Shown here: piece by piece, positions 13,034 through 23,499 of the stretch
How positions within the stretch are numbered: the first letter of the stretch is position 1
Layout of the letters: each line of letters begins with the position of its first letter
Source: Jimgerdemannia flammicorona
Taxonomy: Eukaryota
DNA: 40,289 nt
Direction: 5' to 3'
NCBI GenBank assembly: GCA_003990765.1
Contig: RBNJ01000124.1
Span: 1 to 40,289, forward strand
Translations under genes and position numbers: made by a program
Notes under the pieces: generated by a model
The model's database searches: none
The model's input: the letters and a program-made list of their open reading frames with translations, nothing else
Told to the model about the DNA's origin: nothing

Positions 13034-14053
13034 CCCCCTCCCCCAGACCTCAGAATCTCAGACTTGAACAATCTGAACATAACTCCTGAGCACTTCTCCA
13101 CAATATCCCTTCACACAAATACTTCTAGTATAGTAATATCATGAATAGTAAATAAACCTATTCCATAACCCACAAACTACTCTTAAGTAAATCCGCTCCT
13201 TGTTAGGTCCCACTCCTAACCCCATCATGAAATTCCCTAATTGGTTATTGTCTGCAGCAATACACCAATTCAACTAAGCTGGTCTTAGTTTCTTGAACTT
13301 CCTGAAATACGGAAAATCCTGAACATCCAGAACTAGTCTGGAAAAGGACTTTGGTTGAGACATCAACCCAATCTTGAAATCAATAAGCATAGAGGACATA
13401 CTCCATATGAAATTGATCTTGATCATAAGAAAACAGTCTTCCAGAACATCCAGAATATCCAGAAAACCCTTCCAGAACTACATAACAGTTACTCTAAAAA
13501 GCAACCCTCTTACATGGACCTTGTGCTTGATTTTACTTATATATTTATATAAGTAGTAGTCTTCTTCACAAATATAGTAAGTATCTCTCTTCTTATCTAA
13601 GGTGATAGCAAACTTCTGGACTGGGCAGCAGTCTCTTCCTCTAATTTTCTTTACTATATCTTCTAAGTGAGTAGTTATTTTAGCAAACTTCTTAGTAAGT
13701 TCTTCCATAAGATCACTGTTTCTCTACTGCTCAGTAACTCTTAGCTGAGATGTATTTCAATTGATCACTATAGTAGGAATCACACTAGTTGCCTTAAGTG
13801 CTTCAATTTTGACTTCAGTAACTTTTTCTATTATATAGTCTTATAGATATCTGACTATCCAGTATTGCTGGACATAGGTGATCTTTTATACTAGATTCAG
13901 AACTACTAATGATAAGCAGATAGCTATGGCTATCTCTGAATAGACTCTTTTTATAAAGGTTGCTTCAGCTACTTAGTCTCAGATGATATTAGCATAATCT
14001 GCAAGAATTATCTAATATCAGATTCTGATATAGAATATGTTTAGATCCTTACT

Positions 14054-14055
<2 letters not shown>

Positions 14056-14091
<36 letters not shown>

Positions 14092-14478
14092 GTCTCAAGA
14101 ACTTCTACTTTATTACCAAACTATCTATGTTATACTAATATAAATGAATCCCTCACCCAATCCTATAAGGAAGCTCCCTCCTCTCTATATCATTCTCTTG
14201 AAATATTATTATTCCCTCTGCTACTCCAATTCTTCTCTCACTTTTTCTACAAATTATCTCTACTAGTTACTACTAATACTATACTAGCACTATACCCCCT
14301 CTACTATCTATTCAACAAGTCTAACATCAACCACTCCTATCTAGCAATCCTTATTTCTAGTATCAACTGTTGATCATCCTCAAATATATATAACTAATAT
14401 CCAGCAAGCCCAACCCAAATAGCTAGTATCCATCCCAACATCAGCTACTCATCTCCTACCCCCCTTCCACCAATCTTT
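14056..14478 (-). mobile_element. 5'-truncated LINE 3' end with poly(A) tail, inserted in the gag of Gypsy A
   Basis: Poly(T) at 14056-14088. TSD ATCCTTACT(T/C)A at 14045-14055 and 14479-14489. The purine-rich minus strand resembles the 3' part of the LINE at 19000-19900. Confidence 0.75.
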
Positions 14479-14847
14479 ATCCTTACTCATTTCTTGATAT
14501 ATTATATTGAGCTAATTCTTTAGAGCTTGCTTAATCTCATCTGTATAGTAGATAGTTCAGAGCCAGACCTTCTATACTACTAATATAGTATTATTATCAT
14601 TTTTTACATAGGTTACAGCTATAAATACTACTCTTACTAGTTCTTGGAGACTGAAGAGTATGAGGACTACTTATTGTCTTGCTGTCAGAGTCCTTATAGT
14701 AGTATATTGTTTAAAGTTATCAATGAATATAATGATTAATTTATCTGAAGTATATCTGTAGAATACTGATAGTCTTATATCTATTTTGTCTAGATGTCTT
14801 AATTTGATTTATATAGTTGTTTGAGTGATAGTAATTGTTTATTATTC

Positions 14848-14898
14848 AGCTTGAAAGTGAGAGATTTGTCTTGAATCACTAGCTAATGGGCACTAAGT
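14848..14898 (-). promoter_or_regulatory. PBS and leader of Gypsy A, shared with Gypsy B (28745-28795)
   Basis: The minus strand reads ACT-TAGTGCCCATTAGCTAG directly after the LTR end, consistent with a decayed TGGTGCCCATTGG. The primer tRNA is not assigned. Confidence 0.55.
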
Positions 14899-15235
14899 TG
14901 TAATGTAGTAGATACATAACTATAGAAATATGTTAGATTTCTATATCTTGAAAACTTGATCTTCTTTGACTTCATAGAGTCCTCAGAATACAGTGAATGA
15001 GTTCAAAGTATATCTACCTACAGGCTTACTAGTTCTCTTGTTTTTTCTTTACTTTGAACTATTTTGATCTGAGGTTTATTTACTTTAGATACTGGAGATA
15101 TTTATATAGTTTGCTAGCTATAAGGTGACTAAGGTATAACTATATTTCCTGTAAGTCATTCTTTACAAGTATTAATTCTTGACATCTGTAAAATCTTGAC
15201 ATTTGTGAATATTTTAACATTTGTTAAAGTTTTTA
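14899..15235 (-). repeat. 5' LTR of Gypsy A, truncated by the LINE
   Basis: Starts TGTAATGTAGTAGAT and aligns with 81-~440. Abuts the PBS-like sequence. Confidence 0.8.
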
Positions 15236-18200
15236 AAAGAGAGCAGATAGTCAGGATAGAGAATGAGCTATAGGATATTCCAGAGGAGAAATGAGATAAG
15301 TTTAATGCTAGAACAGATACTACCATATTAAAGAAAGAGAGGTCTGTAACTCTGAAGGAGAAAAATATTAATAATTTATACTGAATGAGTGTGGTGATAA
15401 ACAAGTTGACTATAGAGAAGCTAAAAGAGGTAGATCTATATGTTATCAGTAAGAAGTATTTGATAAGGATATTGAGAGATAATAGAGTAGTCAAGAAACT
15501 AACAGTAGAAGTTTTAGCAGTATTTTTAGAAGAGGAAGAATATGAGATAGATACTATAAGAGAGGCTGAACTGATAGTGTTTGCTAGAGAGTATGTTACT
15601 TTTTAATAAAGGTAGAGATATAGATTACAGCTCTGGCAGGCAGTATGTAAGGAGTATAAGGAGGAGATAGAGACTAAGAATAATAAGGTGATTGCTAAGA
15701 TTCTGGCTAGACTAAATATTAAAAAGGTTAAGACAGAGGAGGTAATTACTAAATATGGTTTAGACTTAGCTTAAGAGGAGATGAGTATAGAATTGTAAAG
15801 AAGATAGGACTATAATATAATAATAATTTTCTATAAATAGTATAACTAATATTTTCTCACTGAATGTGAATAGTCTGAGAGACTCTATGAGATATTGATT
15901 TTGCTTAGCTAAAGAGTTTGAAGGTAGATCTTTTTCTATTACAAAATATATACTATAAGAAAGATTTTGACAAATATAAGTAAGTGAGAAAATAGAATAG
16001 TGAGGCAGTTTAGAGGAACAAGGTGGGAATTTTAGTATAGAGTAGTAAAGAGAAGCTTTGTAAGATTGAGGGTTAGAGTGACTACTTGGCTTGAGGAGAG
16101 TGAAGAAGGCCAGAGTAGAAGCTAGTGATTATTAGCTTTTACTATTATTTAATAGTTCAGAGTGACTAAGTAGAGTGAATGGAGAGACTTCATAAGTGTA
16201 GCATACTTACTGAGGCTGATGTAGATATACTAGATAAGAACTTTAATATAATATATAATGTACTATTAGATAGAACTAAATAATAGAGAGAGATATGCTA
16301 GGGGCTAGAGTAGTGATCTGAAAGTCTGAGAGAAGGTAGAGTATCTAAGTTCTTTAGTGGATACTAGCAGAATAATATAGAAAAACTAAAGGATCTATAC
16401 TTATTAGATAGATGGACTTGTGATAAGGATTGACTGAATATTGACTGTTGACTGCTGGAGATTAAATATTTAAGTGACTTTAGAGATAGAGTAGTGTCTA
16501 TAGTCTATTTATTGGAGACAATTGGGTTATGATCAGTTTGAGAAGAGTGAAGATAAGCCTAGATATTAGCATCTTAATTTCTCCTTGTTAGAGGAAAAGG
16601 AGTTATAGAGTACTTAGGTAGAGAATATTGAATTGAAGATTATTTACTAAAAATATAAGAGAGGTCTATTGAGTAAAGTTGAAAGAGACTACCAGAGTAT
16701 ATTGAAGTGAGACTGACAGATTTATAGGAGCTCAGCAGAGATAGTAGGTGAGGTGGGCCTTCTATAGAATAAAAAGGTTATATAGAGATATTAGAGCAGA
16801 AGAATGTAAAATATTAGAGGTTGAGGTGAGTCTAGCAGAAGGTGATAGAGTTGATGAGAGTATTGAGAGAAGAGGAGGAGGCTTATATATAGAGTATATT
16901 GACTTAGCTCAGATGGCAGAGGCTTGAGAGTGAGAGGCCTTCTAAGTATTTATTTAGGCTTCTTCAGGCAAGGAGAGTGAGACAGTAGTAAAATAGTATA
17001 CTTAATAAGGAGAATACTCTAGTAAATGAAATATAGAGAATCTTAGATTCTTTAAAGAATAGATAGGATAGTCTGTAGAGTGAGAAAGAAGAGAGTACTG
17101 ATAGAGAGAAGATTGAGTACTCTCTGAAGGACTAGCATCCTCTACTAGTAGATAGTCTTGAGAACTTAGTTTGTCTGGTTCTAGAGGATGAAATTCTGAG
17201 TATCTTGTTAACTATGAAGCAGGACACAGCTCTTGATGAGGATAGCTTGCCTTGGGACTTCTGGAGGAAGATAGTTAAAGTCTCAGAAGTATTGAGAGAG
17301 ATGGTGGCACTATATAACTTCATTCTTATGTCTAAGAAGTAGATTGGGAGTCAGGATCTTGATCTGGTAGTACTGTTATTTAAGGATAAAAGTAGAAGAG
17401 AGAATTAGAAAAATTAGAGACTAATTATATTCCTAGATATAGACAGGAAGTTAGTCATAAAGGTAATTGTTGTAAGATTACAAAAGGTGGCTCAGTAGAT
17501 GTTAGGAGTTAAGTAGTGGAGTTTTATTAGTAGTAGACTGATTAGAGATAAAATGGCCTAAGTTTATAATATATATAATTGAGAGAATAAGAACTGGTGG
17601 ACTGAATAGATGACTGACTTTCTGGATCAGAAGAAAGCTTATAATTGAATTTGACAAGTCTGACTAGAGAAGATATTAGCTAGAATAGATATCTTTCACA
17701 GATTTCAACTATTAATAGTTAGTCTATTAGAGAGTAGTTAGATAGTAATTTTGTATAATGACTATTATAGTATTACTTTTATATTAGAGAGAGAATTTTC
17801 TCAGAGAGACTCACTATTTTCTATTCTTTATATTTTATCATTAGAGCTATTAATGAATAAGATTCATTATAAGATATCAGAACTATTGATACTAAGAGTA
17901 GTCTGGAAGGTTGGGGCCTTTATAGATAATATAGTAGTTGGACTTAGCTCTGTTGATGATATGGGTAAATTGAGGGCCACTGTAGACTAGTATGAAGAGT
18001 ACTCTAAAGTAAAGCTAAACTGATATAAGTATGAGATAATAGTACTGGAGAATTATTTGATAAGTGAGAATATTATTGGAACAATTATATCTATAGAAGA
18101 AGTTGTATAGTATCTGAGCATATTCTGGTCAGTATATAGATCTATCTTATCTAGAGCTTAGTGAGAGAAAAAGGTAGTGAAATGGGGGACTATTCTTCAG

Positions 18201-19372
18201 AGTTAGGGGGGATACTATATTTCTCTTATTAGGTAAGTATCAATCCTGAATATCTACTGGCTGCTAAAGCTCTGATATCTGATATACTACTTAGACTTTC
18301 TAGTATAAGTAGTAAAGAAGTTGCTGAAGATAGCTATGAACTAGATTTGAGTAATAAGAAAGAGCCAGATAAGTTGGGAGGTCTTGAGACTCTAGTAGAT
18401 AGGAGAGATATAGATCTGATAGACTTTCTGAAGATGTTGTATTACCTTAGGGCTTGATGGTTAAAGAGAGCTATTGAGCTATAGGGAGGAGAGTAGGTAC
18501 TGTTGATGCAGATAGTCTAAGAGGTGAGGTTCTCTTCTAGAGAATTCTCTGATGATTTATTATCTATAGTTAGACTGAGAGATAGTAAGTACTTATGATA
18601 CAAGAGATTCTAGTATGAGGTAATAGAGAGAGCTCATCATATTGGCTTTTATTGACATAGTAATAAGAAGAAGACTCAATTGAGTTCTACAATAGTAGTG
18701 GGATAGACTTTTGTTGAGCAGTTCACTACTAGTGAACTTTGATATTAGTATAAGTATAGAGTATTAGTAGAGAGTGGGTCAGGATCTGTAGCCATTAGGC
18801 TGATAGACAGCCAGTATTAGTAAGACTTAAGACTGAGCTAGAGTATGATCTTAGAGTACTGAGGTATAGCAGTAGCTTTCTTTGAAGTTCTGAATAGTGT
18901 GGTGATATATCTTGAGAAAGAATATTATATTGAACTTTCAATCAGGATATTTGGTAGAAGATAACAGCTTTGAGTATAAGGATTGTTTTAATATAGAACA
19001 GAAAAAAGAGATTATATAGATACTTAAATATTAGCTAAGTGAGTATAAAATACTTAGTGACTTTTGGAGAAGAGTTGGAGGTTGTCTGGGGGTAAGTAGT
19101 ATACTGATAGAGAGGGGAGTAGATGAGATAACTTAAAGGAGTAGTTGATAGAGTATATTGATAATGAGTAGCTCACTGTTGGGTAGACATTAATAGTATA
19201 GGTAGAGCTAGTAGATACTATGTAACTATATATTAGAGAATGGGAGACAGATGGTCTTAGGAAAAAAGATAACAAGATGAGAGAGACTAATGGTAGATAT
19301 TATGTTTAGCTGGTGAAGAGGGTGGGGCCCTCAGAGAGGTCACTATTAGTATCTGATAGAAGAGATATATGA

Positions 19373-19383
19373 AAAAAAAAAAT

Positions 19384-19414
<31 letters not shown>

Positions 19415-19423
19415 TAAAAAAAA
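19373..19423 (+). repeat. A-rich tract flanked by a 15-bp direct repeat (poly(A)-only retro-insertion)
   Basis: AGAAGAGATATATGA at 19358-19372 and 19424-19438, around an A-run with TAAAA(A) units. Confidence 0.65.
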
Positions 19424-19503
19424 AGAAGAGATATATGAGAAGAGTAGTAGATATATTGCAGTAGTTAATGATATAGTTGTTTTTGAGAGAGTGAGGATAA
19501 GAG

Positions 19504-19789
19504 TAGTGCTCTCAATGAATTAAATCAAAGGTCTAATTTGATTTAAGATTCAATTTGAACTCTATTTTCAAAATGTAATAACTCAACAAAAACATGTTTA
19601 AATTTAATGATTTTTAGCTTATTAGATTCCTCTATATAAGAGAAATCTAACAAGCTAAAAATTATTAAATTTAGACATATTTTCATCAAGTTATTATATT
19701 TTGAAAAATAGTATTCAAATTAGACCCTCAATTGGATTCAAATTCAATTCAATTTGATTTGAATTGATTCAATTCATTTAGGAGTACTA
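19504..19789. mobile_element. Fold-back MITE (hAT-type), copy 1, inside the LINE 3' end
   Basis: Ends TAGTGCTC and GAGTACTA. The whole element is a near-palindrome centred ~19635. The 8-bp flanks GATAAGAG and GATAGGGA differ only by transitions. Confidence 0.78.
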
Positions 19790-19982
19790 GATAGGGAGAA
19801 GAGAGTGTATTAGGGTAGAGTAGAGTTGGATAGGTTGAATTGAGACTATTGATATGGTATGAGAACTATTATTTATTATAGAATAGTTAATAAAGAGGCC
19901 TAGTACTCATAAATAAATAAAAAAAAGAGACTTCTATCTTTTTTACAGATAATGATATCACTATTCTGAGGTCACTATTACA

Positions 19983-20260
19983 ATATATAGTCAAGAAAAT
20001 CTCAGAAAAAGATAATAAGAAAGATAACCTTTAAGAACTACTTAAGAAATATAAAGATGTTTTTTAAGAATTCTAAGAACTACTACCTACCTAAGCAGTA
20101 GAATATAATATTGGAACTATTTCTAATTCAGACCCTCTCTACTATAGAATCTATTAACTAACTCAATCTGAGCTAGAAATTTTCAAGGAATAATTAGCAG
20201 AATTAGCAAGCAAAGATCTCATCTATCTATTAAAATTATTATAGTATACTAATTCTCTTT
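19983..20260 (+). pseudogene. RT N-terminal fragment of a different Ty3/Gypsy family (Tf2/chromovirus-like), inside an inverted segment
   Basis: Translation ELLKKYKDVF...VEYNIGTI.NSDP.YYRIY*LTQSELEIFKE*LAELASKDLI...ILF is typical of the Ty3/Gypsy pre-RT/RT1 region. Confidence 0.65.
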
Positions 20261-21598
20261 ATAGAAGACAGCCTTTTCTTATAAGTTACTAGATCAGAGC
20301 ATAAGAAGATCATATAACATAACTCACCCAGACTATAAGATGAGCAATGATGACTAACTATAAGTCATCATGACCATAAGATAGATATCTTAAGGAATAT
20401 AAAAAAAGAACTAAGGAACTATAGTAGCAGCAACTTAAATAAGACTTACAAAATCCCAAAATAGTTCAAAGACTCACTATAAATAAAATGTCTACTATCT
20501 ACCAAACCTCAAGATCCAGGAACCACCAAGGCTTCTTAGTTCAAGAAAGGATATTCTAAGATATCAGGAGAGCTATGAGAACTCACACTAAAAGGACTCC
20601 TAGCCTTAACCTGAGTACTGATGATCCTTATCACTTTATCCTTAACTACTATAAAATGGAAACAAAGATCACTATCACTACTGAATACCTTTGGATGTAG
20701 CAGAAATATAAAATAAGAAACCTTCTCTATCAGGAATTTTCTCAGACCAGTCCCCAAGAGATATAAGATGCTACCTCTATGGATATATATAAATTGAGAG
20801 TAGCTAATAAGATCTATCAGATCTTCAGATATACACCTTGATCAATCTCCAACTTGGTATATACCAGAGTCTCAGACTTCAAAGAATTGTCAGCCTGCTA
20901 TATAGATGCACTAGAGGCCATAGTGGCTACAGAAGTCCAATTCACTATTACTCTCAAAAGTGATAAGATAGGAGAGTTCTGGAATCCCATCCTTGAGGAC
21001 AACTCAGATTAATTCCTATAAGGATTAATTTCAGTATTCCAAGGCCTCAGTATCTAAGTTAGACTCTCTCAAGATCTCACCTTTATCTCCTACTTTGCAG
21101 AGAAGAACCTCATAGATTAGAGAGCTCTTAATCTCCTTGCTCTCTCTGCTGCTGTCAAACATAATGATATTATCCTACTAATTGATGATATATGTAAAGT
21201 ATATAAAATATGTAACATATGTAAAATATGTAAAATATATGAGATGGATAAAATGTTCACTAATCTTATTTCCTTTAAAGATATCCTATCTCTAACCTTT
21301 AGCCTTAATAGTGATGAAGATAAAGTTCTCAGGATTTTGAATATTCTGCTCTGAGTTCTTTGTGTAACTGTTATACTTCTGGTATTCTGATCTTATATAA
21401 CTCAAAAATTCTTTCAGCATTCTGATCTTATACTATCAATTATACAGATACTTGAATTTGTACTTACAACTAAAGTTTTCTGTATTCAAGTACCTCATTT
21501 ATTTAGTTATTGGAATTTATATTTAGTTTTATAGCTTAGTAACTATTGAATTATATTTTGTATAAATATCCCTCTCATTTCTTTGAAATAAAGTCAGT
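20261..21598 (+). repeat. LTR family B copy, missing its first ~32 nt (found inverted at ~19950-19982) and ~200 nt at the 3' end
   Basis: Colinear with 7062-8415. Confidence 0.82.
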
Positions 21599-21639
21599 AG
21601 TTAAGTAATAAAGTATTAAAAACTCAAGTCTCTAACTAC

Positions 21640-23114
21640 TGTCACGTAATAGTCACTGAGTCCTTCAAATATGCCAGATTCTCTTCAAAGTGTATCTCTT
21701 AGACTAACTCAAGTTTGTTATAAGCAAGTTCTTATTGGAGTACCTTCTCAAGGTCTTATAGTCCTCAAACTTTTTATCTTTAAACTGTCTTGTTGTCTCT
21801 TTAGATTGCTTGCAAGGAAGTATGTGTATTGCACTGAGTAGACTGACTTTATTTCAGAGAAATAAGAGGGATATTTATACAAAATATAATTCAATGGTTG
21901 CTAAGATATAAAGTGAAATATAAATTCCAATAACTAAAATAAAATACCAGGACAGAAAAGCTACTAAGTTCCAGGGTTGGTACTGATAGTTGTATAGGTT
22001 CAGGATACTGATATAATTTGGTGTTACATCAAAATACCAGTACTAGCATTATTTAGTATAATTAAGAGACTTAGAGCAGAATGTTCAAGACTATAAGGGC
22101 TTCATTATCAGAGGTCAGAATGTCTTTAAAGGAGATGAGGTCCACAAACTTATCATTATTATATGTTTTACATATGTCATGCAGGATGATATCATTACCA
22201 ATGATGTTATCATGTTTAGCAGCAGGGAAATCAGGGGTTCTCCAATCTATAAGGTTCTCTTCTACAAAATAAGAGACAAATGTGGGGTCTTGGGGATCTA
22301 ACCTAGATGCTTGGGCCTTGGAATACTGAGATCAATCCTTACAGGAATTGGTCTGAGTTGTCCTGAAGGATGAGATACCAGAAGTCCTCTACTTCATCAC
22401 TATTGAGGGTAATAGTGGACTGGGCTTCTGTAGCCACTCTGGCTTCTAGTGCATTGATACAGCAGGATGACAGGTCTCTGAAATCTGAGACTCTAACATA
22501 CTCCAAGTTGGGGATCGACTATGGTACATGTCTGAAGATCTGATGAATCTTCTTAGCTATCCTTATTTCACATATATCTATGAGAGTGGTATCTTATAGC
22601 TCTTGAGTACTGGCCTATGGGAACTCCTGGCAGAGGAGGTTTCTTATTTTGTATTCCTGCCACATTTGGAGGCATTCAGTAGCAATGGTGATCCTGGTTT
22701 CCATTTCATGATAGTAGAGAATATAGTAATAAGAGTCACTAGTACCCAGGTTGACACTAGGAGTCCTTCTTGAGCAGGTCCTCATGGCTCTTCTGATGTC
22801 TTGGAACATCTTTTCTTCGACCAAGGTGTCTTGGTGGTTCCTTGACCTTGAGGTTTGGTGGGCAGCAGACATTTTATTTGTAATGAGTCTTTTGAGCTAT
22901 TTTGAGATTAGTGGGTCTTGTTGGTTGCTATTACTACAGTTCCTTGATCCTTCTTTTATATTTCTTAGGATGCTTATACTGTGGTCACAATGACTCACAG
23001 TTGGTCATTATTGCTCATCTCATATGCTGTATAATCTTCTTGTACTTCGATCTGGTAGCTTGTAAGGAAAGACTGTCTTCTGTGCTGATATCATCATTCA
23101 GGGGTCACCGTTAC
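21640..23114 (-). repeat. 3' LTR of Gypsy B
   Basis: TGTCA and TTACA termini. Matches 28796-30394. Retains a few CpGs. Confidence 0.88.
22071..22872 (-). pseudogene. LTR-B-encoded ORF remnant, present in all four LTR-B copies
   Basis: Track ORF 22615-22872 continues through TAG/TAA stops: MWQEYKIRNLLCQEFP*ASTQEL*DTTLIDICEIRIAKKIHQIFRHVP*SIPNLEYVRVSDFRDLS, then an acidic tail. The copy at ~7502 reads YEIGNLL. Confidence 0.72.
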
Positions 23115-23499
23115 ATCTTCCTCTTGAATAAGGATCTTCTCAAGTGTCCTTATTCATTGGTCCAGTCCTGAAAAATTTGCTGATCTCATAACCTCTGGCA
23201 AGGGGTTGAAAAGTGGTGTTTATGGGCTAGTATCTTCTCTTTATATTTTGGCATAATGGTGAAGGGTTACTCCCTTCATATAGAGCAAGGGCCTGATTCT
23301 GATCTTGACCAATCAGTTGATGGTTCAAACTCCTCTGGCTTTGAAAGTCTCACAGATGAGTAGTTACTGATACTGTATCTCTTAGAGAATGGTCTAGACA
23401 GATAGCCTACTGATCATGAGACATGCTGTTACAATTCACAGACTAGAACCTCATGGGCAGTCATCATGTTTTGCTTCTCTTGTATAGGTTTGTGGTACT

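Larger units (their letters stand above)
11451..13514 (+). mobile_element. Young 2064-bp solo LTR (family C) carrying an internal ORF
   Basis: Termini TATAAG (TGTAAG) and CTTACA. Perfect 5-bp TSD TGGAC at 11446-11450 and 13515-13519. TATA box ~13026 and AATAAA ~13151. Retains many CpGs, unlike its flanks. Confidence 0.85.
81..15235 (-). mobile_element. Degenerate Ty3/Gypsy LTR retrotransposon A (gag-PR-dUTPase-RT-RH-INT-extra ORF), host to nested insertions
   Basis: 3' LTR 81-562 matches 14899-~15235. PPT next to 562 and PBS-like leader at 14875-14898. Minus-strand remnants: zinc knuckle ~13545-13585, protease VIIDTGAEG ~10865-10890, dUTPase ~9800-10200, RT VYIDN(D) ~9100-9120, RNase H split at 7029/8615, integrase split at 1612/6091. 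The reading context rejoins across each insertion. Confidence 0.88.
15236..19927 (+). mobile_element. Degenerate L1/Tx1-type LINE (partial ORF1; ORF2 with APE and RT)
   Basis: APE motifs FSLNVNSLR ~15855 and RID ~16427. RT motifs DSLPWDFW ~17240, N*RLIIFLDIDRK ~17412, FLDQKKAY ~17620, SQRDSLFS ~17800, AFIDNI ~17917, YLSI ~18111. A-rich tail at 19910-19927. Confidence 0.85.

Noticed and set aside
14875-14898. Assigning the PBS to tRNA-Gly or tRNA-His
   Set aside because: The resemblance is partial and the site is mutated. It needs the host tRNA set.
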